NCBI GenBank assembly: GCA_963693365.1
Contig: CAVNZM010000008.1
Location: 2,881,572-2,945,571, forward strand
Source of the DNA: Amoebidium appalachense
Lineage: Eukaryota > Protista > Ichthyosporea
Length of the DNA stretch: 64,000 nucleotides
Direction: 5' to 3'
Shown piece by piece: positions 28,096 through 41,445 of this stretch. How positions within the stretch are numbered: the stretch's first letter is position 1; every line of letters begins with the position of its first letter. A model generated the notes under the pieces. It was given only the letters and a program-made list of their open reading frames with translations, did not search any database and was not told the DNA's origin. The position numbers and the translations under genes were made by a program.

Positions 28096-29348
28096 GTCAC
28101 ACAATCCCACTCTCTCATTTGCACTCATGTTGATACACATATGCACCATGCACACACACAAACATGCACACTCGCCCCTTCCCTTCCCCCCCCCCCCCCC
28201 CACACACACATACACACGCACACACACGTACACACATTCGCCCGTACACACGTAGTGCGCACACACACACACACACATACGTACACACATACACACACAC
28301 ACATACGCACACACACACACACGCGTGCGCGTACACGTACACACGTACACACACACAGGTACCTGGTAGGGCGTGCAGTAGCCTGTGTGGGTGAGCCCAC
28401 CCTCGTGCAGCACATCCACCTCGACCCTGAGCCTATGGACCCGGACAGAGACTGGGGGTCTATGCAGCACTGGGGGCCATCGGGTATGTGCCCGTGCACC
28501 TTCACCCTCACACGCGTGCATACACGCCCGCACGTGTGCAATTGCATATACATGTATGTGCACACTCACACACAAGCACGCCCATACAGATGCAAGTGCG
28601 TACAGACTTAAACTTGCATACACACATACACGTGCACACACATGAACGAGCATACAACACACAATAGTGTGCTTGCACACAAGTAATCGTTCACACACTC
28701 CCATGCGGGTGCAGTGCAGTATTGCACGCCCCCTTCCGTTTTGCACAGATGTACAGAAATGCGCGCCACATGTGCTGGTGTCCACATCCAAGCAGGCGCC
28801 CACCAACACACACACATACACGTGCGCATGCATGCACATCGGCACATCTGCGCATGTTGTAAATGAAACTCTCTGTAGTAGGCTTTGTGCACATGTTCGA
28901 TTGCTCGCCTGTACTCCCAGCACTCTCAGCCTATTTTCAAGACGTGGTTTGGATTTCGTGGTGCAGAATTTGGTTGGCAGTTCACAGTCAAATTTGATGC
29001 GTGGGCAACTGTAATCTTGGACATTGGGGAGAAAGGGACTATGCCCGTCCTCCCCCCCCCTTCTGCTGGGGAAAAACACCCACAAAAGAGGGGAGAGAGG
29101 CAACCAAAAAAGCTCACAACACCTCGTGCGCATACACAGGACACAAGAAAGTAGCCAACGTGCTCCTCCCTGCCGTCTCCCAACTTCTCGGGTGGGGTCA
29201 TGGTGGCACGGTTGTGCCCGGGGCCAAAATGGCCATGCAGACAGCTGTGAAAGTTTCACAAGAGCCCCGAGTGGGTGGGGAGACCCCGATGCAGGTGCAC
29301 ACACAGCCACCGGCTGGAAGGAAGAGCATCATGGAAGTTCACAGGTAG
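23388..29348 (+). CDS. SGNH/GDSL hydrolase, carbohydrate esterase family 2 (CE2)-like, with N-terminal beta domain
   Basis: Exons 23388-23696, 24644-24876, 26125-26290, 27272-27513, 28359-28483, 29140-29348, phases consistent. Motifs IRYVGR...[26 protein letters not shown] (block I), AYSGK (II), [13 protein letters not shown] (III), QHWGPSGHKKVA...LLGW (V). Start uncertain because an acceptor at 23352 implies an upstream exon. Confidence 0.85.
24445..24472 (+). mobile_element. Reverse-oriented element end remnant in esterase intron
   Basis: CTCCGTACTCCATGGCACATTTAAAA followed by a C-run is the reverse complement of a family-like head (TTTTAAATGTGCCATGGAGTACG); short match. Confidence 0.4.
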
Positions 29349-29446
29349 CAGACCCCACTTACCCCCCCCCCCCCACCCACCCACCCAACCCGCCCACTTG
29401 CCACCACCACACGCACACGTGGGCGCCCACCCGTGCGTGCGCGATA

Positions 29447-29484
<38 letters not shown>

Positions 29485-29596
29485 CACACACACACACACA
29501 TCGTTTGCCCCCACCTTTCTTCAACTAATAAAGTAGCCTTTGTTCCACAGTCCTCTGCCATCGCTTGCCCCCCTTCCTCCCCTCGCCTCCTTCCCC

Positions 29597-29656
<60 letters not shown>

Positions 29657-30049
29657 CCCTGCCGTAGGTTCTCCTCCAACCTTGCCAGGCCAACGAGGGG
29701 CTTTTTTTGTTGATAGACTGAGACTTTCTTGCGAATCGCTGTGTTCGTCTTGCATCTACATCATACTTGTAATGGCATGTCCTGTGCTCTTTCTCATGCA
29801 CTGTTTATAACCGGGAGTTGCACTTCATCCGATCCATTCAACCCGCCCCCTCCCCCCCCCCCCCCCCCCCGTCCCTGAACCCACTTCTCTCTCCTGGCTT
29901 TCTTTTATTCCAGGCCCCAATTCATAGGAGTTCCCAAAAACTAACCCCTGGACCGTCTCCACTTACAACCTCCCCCCCCCCCCCCCCCCACCTCCTCCAC
30001 CACACACACATGTCACATATACAGAGGTACAATCGGTTATAACGATGAG

Positions 30050-31078
30050 ATGGGATCCGAGCCTCCCCCGGCACCTACTCCCACCCCCGCCACAACCACA
30101 TCCACCACCACCACTGCTCCAACCCCCGTTTTGACTGGGGCATCTCACGGACAAAGCCAAGTGCTACTTCAAAGGAGCGAATCCTCTTCCCCCTCTCACC
30201 ACTCATATGGAAACTCCCCCATTCTTACGTCGGGAGTGGGCGGGGCTGCTGCTTCCCCGACATCGTTTGCGAAAGAAAGTGCCGTTTCTCGTGCTAGGAG
30301 CGGTGTTATGTTGGATATTCCCGAAACACACACGGACAACAACAACGGAAGCACCACGAGTGTTCTGTCCAATAACGAGTTCTCATACCGGCCAGCGTAC
30401 CAATCATCAACCAACATTCTTGACCAATCAGATTCCGAGAATCCGGAGCCAGCCAATCAGGAAGACTCGCCTAAAAAACATGCTCCATTTGGCGGGCTTA
30501 GCCCCTCCCTGATTGGTGGGTCATCACCCTCCGGGTGGGAGGGTGGAAGCAACAAGCCGCTGTTTAGTCCCGTCCAATCAGATAGCAGCCCACTTCCGCA
30601 AAAGGCAAGTACGCCAGTCCTCAGCCCGGTAATTCCCGTGGCTGCTACACCTGAAATCCGATCCGGAGAGGATTCCGACGATACGGCATATCGGAAAGAC
30701 GCAAATTCATCCAGGGGGGAACCATCTAAAATTTCCAACCAATCAGCACCGTCCTCTCTATTCCCGCCAAGCCCACCGGCGGCCCACGGGTTTTTTACCC
30801 CAGCTGACGCATATAAAACCCCGGAAAATGTAAACAAAGACGGAGGGAAAAGCAAAGAGAACGAAGAAGATGGGGAATTTTCCGATGCGGAGGAGGATTT
30901 TGAAGACTCTCAAATAGACAGAGAGGAAGATGGGAGTGATGTAGATGTGAGGCGGGCGTTTAAAGAAAGGAAGAGGAATGGAGAAATGGATGATGAGGGA
31001 CACACTGTGTATGCGGGTGAGAGCGAGGATGAAGATGGGGAGGGCCACCTGAGAATGGACGGGTTGAGCGTGTATTGA
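30050..31078 (+). CDS. 342-aa Ser/Pro-rich then acidic disordered ORF; separate gene or alternative terminal exon of the esterase
   Basis: 1 kb open frame free of microsatellites, with protein-like composition (SP motifs, D/E tail). The frame stays open upstream to a CAG acceptor at 30022-30024. Confidence 0.7.
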   Translation: MGSEPPPAPTPTPATTTSTTTTAPTPVLTGASHGQSQVLLQRSESSSPSHHSYGNSPILTSGVGGAAASPTSFAKESAVSRARSGVMLDIPETHTDNNNGSTTSVLSNNEFSYRPAYQSSTNILDQSDSENPEPANQEDSPKKHAPFGGLSPSLIGGSSPSGWEGGSNKPLFSPVQSDSSPLPQKASTPVLSPVIPVAATPEIRSGEDSDDTAYRKDANSSRGEPSKISNQSAPSSLFPPSPPAAHGFFTPADAYKTPENVNKDGGKSKENEEDGEFSDAEEDFEDSQIDREEDGSDVDVRRAFKERKRNGEMDDEGHTVYAGESEDEDGEGHLRMDGLSVY

Positions 31079-32378
31079 AGCACTGGGTTGGTATGGTGAG
31101 AGGGTAGGGGGGCGGGTGGGTGGGTGGGTGGGTGGGGGGGGGATAGGGGGAGGGCGGGGGACGGGGGACGGGGGGGGGGAGGGAAGGGAGCGGAGGAGGT
31201 GGGGGTGGGGTTGGTGGGGGGGGGGGGGGGGGGATCGCTCCCCAAGAAATATGATCACGTGTGTGTTCTTTTGTAAGGGGGGAAGGGGGGGGGGGGGGGG
31301 AGTTTGGGGGGGGGGGGGGGGGGGGGTTGTGGGATATACAAGAAGTGCACGAGTTTGCATTTTTCGAAAGGAAAGGGGGAAATTCACGTGCACATATGGA
31401 CTCACACACGTGTACACAAAAACAACTAAGCATCACGTGGCAGATGTGTTACTTTGTTGGGATTCCGGATACTGTGTTGTTTTTTCTTTTCGTAGGAAAA
31501 TTCCTGGGATGTTAGGTTTTGTGTATCATAAATACTTATGCCTGGGAAGCATTCCAGGTACGATACCCCATCCGTTTTTGGTTTGCTGATGTACTGTTTT
31601 ATTTGTATGGGTGTGTAATCTTAATCTTCGTTGTGTGTTTTATTTATGTGGGTGTGTAATGTTAATCTTGGTTATGTTCTTTTTGGTGGTGCTACATTAG
31701 GTGCAGCCACATATCTACAGCTCTAAGATTTGATGAGTTGGTTTTCTTGTTCTTTTTTCCTCTTCCAATCCTTATTTTCTGTCTATTTGGTGTGGGTATG
31801 TGTGTGTGTGGGGGGGGGGGGGGGGGGGGGGGGGGAGGGGGGGGGGGGGGGGGGAGGGGGGGGGAGGGGGCACAGCTAGCTTTATGATAACAGAAACTCT
31901 GCAAGTCGTATCATGCATATGCTAACAAAACTTTAGTCTAGTAACTGATGTACACATACACACTGGTATCTCTGTTGCGACAATCGAAAACTCTGTGTGA
32001 AGTAATATGTAAATCGTAAGAACTTCAGCATAGACTGGTATATATCCGGGGCCGAAAAAGCCCGCCCGGAGTAATCTTTACAATAATTCTTATCTTGATA
32101 AAGCGAGGTGTGAAAAGGATGTCATGCCATAAGGTGCATCCGTTCAGCCCACAAGAGGACATGTTAGTTCAATTGTTGGCCCGGACTTGGGGAGCAAGGC
32201 CAAATACCCCCCCCCCCCCCCCCCCCCCTCCCCCCCCTCCCCCTCCATGCCTGCATCGCTTGTGTATGATCAAACTTTCTACTCACATGTGTGCACGAAC
32301 GTGCACACACATACACACACACACACTCTCTCTCTTACTAGCCCCCCTCCCCTCCCCCCCTCCCCCCCCCTCACCTTT

Positions 32379-32411
<33 letters not shown>

Positions 32412-32552
32412 AGAGTCTCCCGCACACACACACAACATGTAGACATGTGCACCGCGCAGGAGATTTGCAGAAAGAAAAGAAGATCGAAAGACATACACGT
32501 GTGCATATGCATGTGCACACGTCTGACTCAGATACTGACTCTACCGTGCACG

Positions 32553-32630
32553 CCACTGTGACATGAATCATATATATCCCACTGTGACATGAATCATATA
32601 TATCCCACAGTGACATGAATCATATATATC
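32553..32630. repeat. 26-bp tandem repeat x3
   Basis: CCACTGTGACATGAATCATATATATC repeated three times with one substitution. Confidence 0.9.
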
Positions 32631-32825
32631 CTTCATATCCTTCAGCGCATGTATGTACGCTTGGCCGCCTCAGACGTATATACCGGTACCTGCTCCCTTC
32701 ATCGGTCCCTTCTATGTGCACATGCAAACTTCAAGCACGCATGTGACTCCAAACAAACTCATGTCCTGACCACGGCGTGCACGGATCTACCGCGCACGTA
32801 CCACCATTGTATGATGTGCCCTCAG

Positions 32826-32902
<77 letters not shown>

Positions 32903-32920
32903 AAAAAGAAAGAAAGAAAA

Positions 32921-32965
<45 letters not shown>

Positions 32966-33429
32966 AGCCATTCTCCCTCCACAACTTCTGCCCTTCCTCC
33001 CATCACTTGAAGTTCCGCCTCATCCCTCCCTCCTAGGCCTCACCATCTCCGAGCTGATATCGATAGATCTAATTCCACGTGCACGCTATTCGAACTCCTG
33101 GGACTATGTAATGCTTGAAATATCTGATTCGGAATGCCCGCAACTTATAATGACCATGATGTGATGCTCACTTGGGCATCTATGGGGGTATACGTATGCA
33201 TGCGCAAATTTTCTCGCAGAAAGTTTGCGCATGCAGTTTGTACGTGTGCGCACACATGTGTAGGTCGGGATAAGTCATAACTGGCCTCCAATGGTGATTG
33301 TGGTAGGGGTTCAAGGGTAGGGGTGCCTATGATGAGACTCAGTATGTGCACGCCTGCATATCATCGGTGTGCGTGTGTGTGGAGTTGTGGGCTGGGGGTG
33401 GGGGTGGGGGTGGTCGGGTGGTGGGGGGT

Positions 33430-33489
<60 letters not shown>

Positions 33490-33496
33490 GGGGAGT

Positions 33497-33529
<33 letters not shown>

Positions 33530-34581
33530 CTGCACCTAACCTGATTGTTGCAAGGGACTGCCGTGCGAGACAAATCCGACTCATATATATAATCGATTTA
33601 AATTTATTGTACTCAACCCCATGGGCAAGGGGCTATGACTGCATTCAACCCGATATGGAAGGAGCTAGGGTGGAAAGCCGCTTTGAAAATTCTTTAGCAT
33701 TATATCACAAATACGGATTTAACCGATCAGTAAAGCAAGCACACAGCGCTTGCTCTATCACAGTTAACCAACACTACCGTGTCTACATGGGTTTTCTCCA
33801 ACTTATCCGAGCATAAAGCCTTCTTTACAACCGCAGGTTATATGCTTTCTGTTCTTACAACAGCTTTATACATTCTCACTTGCATGCACTATATTAGCAA
33901 TACGAGATGCCCAATCCAGCCGTTGTGTCGTTTCACCGACACCGTGAGATAGCAGTCAACCCGTCAGAGCAGAACACCGTGATCTATACGGACTTTTGTG
34001 TAAACATAGAGATCCTCGATTTCCACGTTATTTGGCCGTCATTTTCTCCGATTCTGCGAAAGCATCGTTGCACCTTTCTGGCTGGTTTTTTCAATCCATT
34101 TTCTCCGTTCTTCCAAACAGACTTCTGCTTTCACAGCCCTTTTTTTGGCCGTTTGCCAGTTAAGCACACCTTTCGAATCTGCAGTTTTCGACTCGTTTAT
34201 GTTGATGATGCTGTTAGTGTTCCCAAGAATCTTTGCAGTACACATCAAGTGTTGTGTCTGTCCCCTTGGCACATAGGCAAACCATACATCATACTTTCAC
34301 CAGGTTGGGGTAGAAACGTTTCCAGCAAGAGACATAGGAGGAATCGGTCGTTTGATAACATCCGTCTTTCCGTGCAACGAACAAACGAAGAAACGGAAGC
34401 TGGAGTTTCATTTGCGCCGTCCGTTAACCCGTTTTGTTTCGAAAATGCACATCAGTTATCGCCAATCCTAGATATTGCAGTTTCCTTGGGATTCGCATCG
34501 TTTCACCTTGCACAACAATCCACAAAACGAGAGAGTTCGAGGGGAAGAAAAAGGACAGTATGTTGGAGGTTGTTCAATGCG

Positions 34582-35436
34582 TCACACAGCGAGCAGGGTG
34601 CCGATGTTTTGACGAGATATGTTGAAGTGAAGGCAGTCTTGGTCCGTGAGCAGCCCACTCTCGTACTGCACAGGCACACAGGACACACACAGCCAGGCAG
34701 GTCGTTTAGTTGCAGGTATCATCACACTATGCACAGCAACACGAATGTGTGTCGATGCTTTATGCAAACATTGAGTCTCGACGGGGAAAATCATGGAGGA
34801 AGACAGGATGTGTGTGTACCGTAACATTTTTTACTTCTACCAATGGGGAAACGGTGAGAGGATTAAACAGAAGTGCAAAGCGTGCACGGGGTAAGGGGTG
34901 TCCCACCTGGAGTAAGAAAGAAGAAAATGGGCGCTGCATTGCGAATGCAACGCATGGGCGCACGTACACGATGTGCATGTATTGCTGATGTTTGTTGGCG
35001 TGTTTGATTCGCACACGGCAGAATGGTATGACAATTTGCTTTTACTTATTTTACTTTCTAAAGGCGGAGCTGAGGTTGGGTCAAGCCCGGGGGGGGGGGG
35101 GGGGGGTTTGAATGCGGAACACGGTACGAAGTACGCATACACGAAGGACACATGCAAAGGCAAACATTCAAGTGTGCAACATAGCCATGCGCGCAGTATG
35201 CGTCATAAGCAGAGCCCATCCTCAGGGAGGGCCCAAGTCATCAATTGCGTCTGAGTTTCGACCCCTTAGCCCGCGTATATAGGGGGGGGGGGGGGGGAGG
35301 GGGGGGAGGGGGAGGCTCAATAGAAAGGTGACCAGAGAAACAAATCCGAAGTGCGGAAACGGGGGGGGGGGGGGGGGGGGGGGGGAGAGGGGGGGGGATA
35401 GAGAGAGGGGGGGGGGGGGGGGAGGGGGGGGGGGGG

Positions 35437-35520
<84 letters not shown>

Positions 35521-36325
35521 GAGGGGAAGGAGAAAGTGTCCACGGATTCAACCATCTTACTGTCTAATGTGATCACCAGGCACACCGACAGTTACACACG
35601 AGACTACCCCTGAAAACGGAATACGTGCAACGACTCACTGACACCGGTTCTTTACAGAAAACGGTATGCGGGAAGGGAAAAGACAAGGCGACCTGGGGTG
35701 GGTGAGTGGTGTGTGCGTAGGGGAAGGGGAGGGACTGGGGATGAGGCGGAGGGGGGGGGGGGGGTAAATAAGTGGGAAGGGGAAAAAAGGGGGTCGGAGT
35801 GGGAATACAGGTGGGGCATGGGGGGTACGGAGGTAGAGGGAGAGATGTACCATGTGCATGTGTGCTTGATCGTTCCCTCGGGGGGAAGGGGGGGGGGGGA
35901 GGGGAGGGAGAGGGGGGGAGGGGGGGGGGGGGGGGGGGGAGGCAGGTATGTACCTGCAGCAAGGTGTAGAATGCCTTGAGGATGGTGTCTGCTGTGATCT
36001 TTGCAGCAGCAGCAACCTCCCTAATGGCCTCTTTGGGGTGGGCATTCTTGAGCCTTTTGGTGATGGCATACAGCACGGCTGCAGCAACAAGTGTCTCGGG
36101 CCTGCAGCTGACGGCTGTGCCAAAAAGGTCGTTAGTCAAAAAAGTCCTTTCACTCCCACACTCACTACCATTTACATAGTGCAAACAAAACCAATGGCCT
36201 CGAGTTGGGGGCGGGAGGGGGAGGAAGGGGGGAGGGGGGGGGGGGGGGGAAGGGAAGGGGAGAGGGTGAGAGAGAGAAGGGGGGGGGGGGGGGGGGGGGG
36301 GAGAGAGAGAGAGAGAGAGAGACAG

Positions 36326-36369
<44 letters not shown>

Positions 36370-36624
36370 GGAGAGAGAGAGCAGCAGCAGCAGCCACGTA
36401 CTGCCTGCCATACGGGCGCTGGAGGCCACAGCAACAGCCAGCTGCCGTGTCTTCCAGCCGTCCACATCGAGGGTGTTGCAGAGCGCATTGATCTGCTTCT
36501 CCATATCACGGTTGCGCCTCTGTGCATCACACCCCGGCTCCATCTAAGTATAGGAACTACAAGACACCCAAATGCAGGTGCCCTCCCCCCCCCCCTCTCC
36601 TCCTTCCCCCCCCCCCCCCCCCCC

Positions 36625-36658
<34 letters not shown>

Positions 36659-37322
36659 GCACGCACCCAAACTGCGTATACACACATACACCAACTGCAA
36701 AATGTGTTGGCCCTACTTTTGTCCGCAGGTATTGTGCTTAAAGAAAGCACTTTCACCAACTCCATGCCTTCACTTATCCACTTCCACTTTGATACCGATA
36801 GCAAACACCGTCACAGAGCAAAGCAGGTGCCGTGCCTTGCACAGGACGCAAAGCGAACCAGGGATATAAGACAGGGAAGCGGGTAAGTGAGAAGGCAAGA
36901 AGTGAATTTCAGGGAAACATCAAGGAAAGTGCAACGGGAAACAATAAACAACACCCACACACCCACACACCCACACACACCCACACACACATTTATAACC
37001 TACCCGCATCTCGTCCTCCACGCATAGAACGTTGCCAACCAAGGGCTTAACCTCGGGCATAACCACCAACTCCACCGTCTGCATGCTCTTTTCAACCTGC
37101 TTGGACAGTGCCATTATGGTGCCCGGTTTTGAGCCAGACGCAGTAGCCAGCTTTCTTATATTGTATCTGCACGTGAGATGGATGCATGCGGCAGCAACAA
37201 GTGGTTTGGTTTTGCGGTAGATGAGGGATGAGTTGCCAAGAGACTCGGCGGTAGAAATTGCTTGGTTGCAGGAGACCGGGTTGATGGTGAGCTCACCGCA
37301 GAGATGCTCAATCGCCTGCAGA

Positions 37323-37368
<46 letters not shown>

Positions 37369-37379
37369 CTGTGTGTGTG

Positions 37380-37414
<35 letters not shown>

Positions 37415-38914
37415 GCGGGGGGGGGGGGGGGGGGGAGGGAGGGGGGGGGGGGGGGGGGGGGGAGGGGGGATCATGAAAAGCGATGTGTACGCGCATGCAT
37501 GTATGGGCCGCGTTCGTTGCAGTCTCTCTTAGATACCAAAGAGAACTGTGCCAAGGTAAGGAGTAATTTGGTCGCATCATCGAAACCAACAAACCAAACA
37601 CAAGAGAAAAGACTCAGAAGCAGACTCAGAAGGAGATATCCTATCAGGACAGGAGAGCCTTTTTTAGAGCCTTGACCACCCACCTCACGAATCCCCTTGT
37701 TCTTCTTGTCGCTAGAACTCCCCTGTGCTGCAGAGTGAGTGCGCTGCAGGTCTCCACTGCCGTCGCCCCTTTTCCCAGCAACAATGGACGTGCCAAGTTT
37801 CCCCGTCAGAGGGTCTTGCTGAGCTCGCGACTTGTCCTCCTTCTTGCCAAAGTCATCATTGCAGCTGCGCCACTCTGCACGGAAGTCTACAAGCCTGTGA
37901 TCCACATCCAGAGATTGGTAGAGTTAAGAACTTTCTTCTGGTTACCGGATGTTCAAGGGAGTGAGTGCTCTCTCACAACTCCTTCTTTTCTACCAGCGGA
38001 ATATGTGGTGGTTGGAAAAAGTAACGTGGGAAGAGGCTTTCAGAGACAGGGAAGTGGTTGGTGGAGGGTGGTGGTGGTGGTTTGGGGGGGGGGGGGGGGG
38101 GGGGGGGGGGGTAGGGTAGGGATATGTAGGTTGAAGAGGGGAGAAAGGGCTAAAACTTGTGGTAGCTTTCTGCTGGAGTATAGACTCAAAAAAAAAACGG
38201 GGAGGGGGGGGGGGAGGGGGGGGGGGGGGGGGGGCAAAGGGACGGGCGTAGAGAATTGCTGAGGGAAAACCAGAACTTCAAGGCAGGCTGATGTACAAAT
38301 TGCCCTGTCTAGCTTAATGATATCATTATAGGCATCCCGTTACGGAATAATAAGTTGGCGCTATCCATCTTACCATACAATAAAGCACAACCAGAAGTAC
38401 AACCTAGGTTTCATTCGGGTTTACTTTCTGCACAAGTTATACCTGCGAAAAACAGTTTCCGAGCAAGATGTGCATCAACTTGTCAAGCATTTGTTCGCTG
38501 GGACAAGGTGGACCAAGAGTTTAGCCTAAAAGACAATTTTTTATTTTTGACTCCGAAGAAAAAGAGGAGCAGGAATAAGCTGTCTGACTTATAAATGCAG
38601 GCAGAAAAACTCTCTTTCTGGTGTCTCTTCATAAAGCCTAGTAGTTTCAGTAAAAAACAAACCGCTGGCATTCTGTTTGTGGACTAATGCTACCAAGTTT
38701 CAAGCACCCTAATTAATGCACGATGACTCAAATCTCAACTCAAACCTACAGAGCAATACACACAAAAGATGTACCTCTCGGCTAGAACCAGGCCACAGTT
38801 GGTGCACAAAACATCTCCCGTCTGATAGTCCTCTACTATCTCCGTCTCGACCTGGCAAGCCGAACACATGTCATCCGCGGGAACGTACAAACATGCGACG
38901 CGGTTGACGCTCAT
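34582..38914 (-). CDS. Divergent TFIIB-family general transcription factor (Zn ribbon, B-reader, two cyclin folds)
   Basis: Exons 38914-38775, 37894-37684, 37315-37004, 36543-36402, 36114-35954 and probable last exon 34665-34582. CSAC...EDYQTGDVLCTNCGLVLAERLVDFRAEWRSC; LVAAACIHLTCR; RPETLVAAAVLY...IREVAAAAKITADTILKAFY. The last exon is less certain (alternative acceptor at 35692). Confidence 0.88.
35107..35281 (-). mobile_element. G/C-run-anchored element, subfamily B copy in TFIIB-like intron
   Basis: Matches 5248-5409 and continues into GAGTTTCGACC shared with subfamily A; G-runs on both sides. Confidence 0.8.
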
Positions 38915-39109
38915 CTTCTAGCGTTTCCTACCAAAAGTCAAAAACTATATGTTTAGCGTAGGTTCGTGTGGAAACCCGCTTTTTTTTGCCTTTTGCTTGT
39001 AACTTTGTTTCTCTCTCGTTTCGGATGGGCAAAGAACGAATAGGTATGTCTAAGCACAAGGGCAACAAAGTTGAAAACAGAATTACTTGTCGCTTTTTAT
39101 AACCACTTG

Positions 39110-39205
39110 AGGGTGACGTAACTTTCAAGCTGCGTTTTCATTGGTTAAGAGCAACAGGTCGAGGATGACCAAAATCTTATACTATGACATCACTAGTGAC
39201 GTAGT
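39110..39205 (-). promoter_or_regulatory. Putative proximal promoter of the TFIIB-like gene
   Basis: Two GTGACGTA CRE-like words, a TGACATCA word and ATTGG (CCAAT) 200-290 bp upstream of the ATG at 38914; motif evidence only. Confidence 0.35.
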
Positions 39206-39545
39206 TTAGCCTTCCAACATCAATGACAAGCAAAAGTAATAGATCAATAGGTAAACATTTGTAGACTGTAGGAGAGACCAGCCTTGAGAGCGAAAAGTTC
39301 TTCTCTGCGCTGAGCTGTGTGGGCTATGGGATGAAGGAGAGCTCGCACAGAGAGGGAGATCTATAGAGGGAATCCCGAGAGGGGGGACTTGGAGGGAGAA
39401 AGAGAGGGTGAGGAAGAGAGGGAAAGGGAGACAGAGAGGATATGGGACTTCAAGGGGAGGGGAAGGGGGGGTGGGAGCTGGCGACGGCGAAAGCGAGGGC
39501 AGATTCGACTTTGAGGGAGAGGGGAGACGAGAGAGGGAATGAAGG

Positions 39546-39576
<31 letters not shown>

Positions 39577-39794
39577 GGGGAGGGGGGGCAGGGGGGAGAG
39601 GGGGTTTGAACGGGAGAGTACATTTAGAGAGAGAGGAAGGGGAATAGGGAGAGGGAGAGGTGGTGGTGGTGGGGGGGGGGGGGGGGGGGGAGGGGGCGGG
39701 GAGGGAGGGGAGGGAGGGAGGGGGGAGAGGGGGGGGGGGGGGGGGAGAGAATGAGAGAGAGTGTGTGTGTGTATGTGTGTGTGAGGGAAGGATG

Positions 39795-39795
<1 letters not shown>

Positions 39796-39878
<83 letters not shown>

Positions 39879-39922
39879 GGAGGGAGGGAGGGAGGGAGGG
39901 AGGGAGGGAGTGAGAGAGGGGG

Positions 39923-40020
<98 letters not shown>

Positions 40021-40054
40021 TGTGAGAGGAAAAGAGAGAGAGAGATCTGTGAGA

Positions 40055-40144
<90 letters not shown>

Positions 40145-40305
40145 CCGACACACGCACACCCGCACACAGACCGTGACACACACACACACGTAGAGAGAGA
40201 GGGGGGGGGAGAAGGGGGGGGGGGGGGGGGGGGAGACATCGAGAGAGATCTAGAGAGAGAGAGAGGGAGAGGGAGCGAGAGAGGGAGAGGGAGAGAGAGA
40301 GAGGG
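39796..40305. repeat. Large (GA)n/G-run low-complexity block
   Basis: Long (GA)n and (GGGA)n arrays upstream of the TFIIB-like gene; source of spurious SL/RE ORFs. Confidence 0.9.
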
Positions 40306-40830
40306 ATTTCAGGGGAAAGGAAGTCTGGTATGCACCAAAAGTTCCGATGGAGAACTAGGGCATGAACGGACTGAAGGGGGTGACACATTCCGGAATAAAT
40401 GGATTTCGATTGCCGTTCAATCGAGCAAACCAGCGCTGAGGAGGAGATATTTATGAGATATGCTTTCGTCGACTGTGGTAAAGGATGGGAGCTCGTCTCC
40501 AAGGGCTGGGGGAGGGGGGAGGGGAGGGGGGGGGGGGGATGTTGCGTGAATACTTGTTCAACGTTTGGGTGAGCTGGAGATTCTAGTCTCTTCATTCGTT
40601 TCAAATTCTCCTTCGTGTTCAGGCGAGCTTGTGTGCTTGGGAAAGCATATTTGCTGTTCTAAAACAAACATCTTTGCTGTTCTAAATCAAATATCAAGGC
40701 CTCCTCTGTTTACTTATAGGAGGCCTTGCCTTGGTATGTTTTCGAAAATTTGTCCTACCATCTTGCTCGTCCTGATGGCTGGCAGCCTTGTCCATGGGGG
40801 GAGAAGGCTGTATGTGTGCTTGCGCGTGTG

Positions 40831-40864
<34 letters not shown>

Positions 40865-41445
40865 GGAGGAGTTTCCGGTGGTCGTGGCCGTACTTGTTGG
40901 TGACCGTGTCACAGTGAGGTTTTGTGGGGCGAGGCGAGGTGAGGGGTTGGAGTGCAGAACGGCGCAAGCATGTAAGGAGCCTGACAAAAGGAAGGGGTGA
41001 CAGCTCCGGAGGGGGGAAGGGCGAGGGTGGTGGTGGGGAGGGGGGGGGGGGGGGGGGTTCAGGCCATATTTTCCAATTCCGTGTTGGTGTTTTCGGATGT
41101 TTTGGGGGGGAGGTGGTTGAACGTGACCCACGACATGTGCATGTACGGAGTTTGACAAACGAGGGGGAGCAGGCATAGGAGGGGTTGCATATTCAGGAGT
41201 GACATTCGGTCGCAAAAGGTCAATTATGCTCTAGTCCACTCGTAACAACCTGCAAGTCATAACTCTTTTTCTCTTCTCGTGTTAATATTCAGCTCATTCT
41301 TAGCCAGAAAATATTTACAGTTGCACAGCAACCCATTTTAGATCAACAAAGAGCTTCTGTATTTGTCGACGAATATGATGACCCTCAAGCACGACTCAGC
41401 AGCCTACCTATCATTTTTCGAAATGCCATCACCATATACTCCTAT

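Noticed and set aside
33907-34824. 305-aa plus-strand ORF
   Set aside because: No recognisable motif; antisense to the probable last exon and 3' UTR of the TFIIB-like gene. A real gene cannot be fully excluded.
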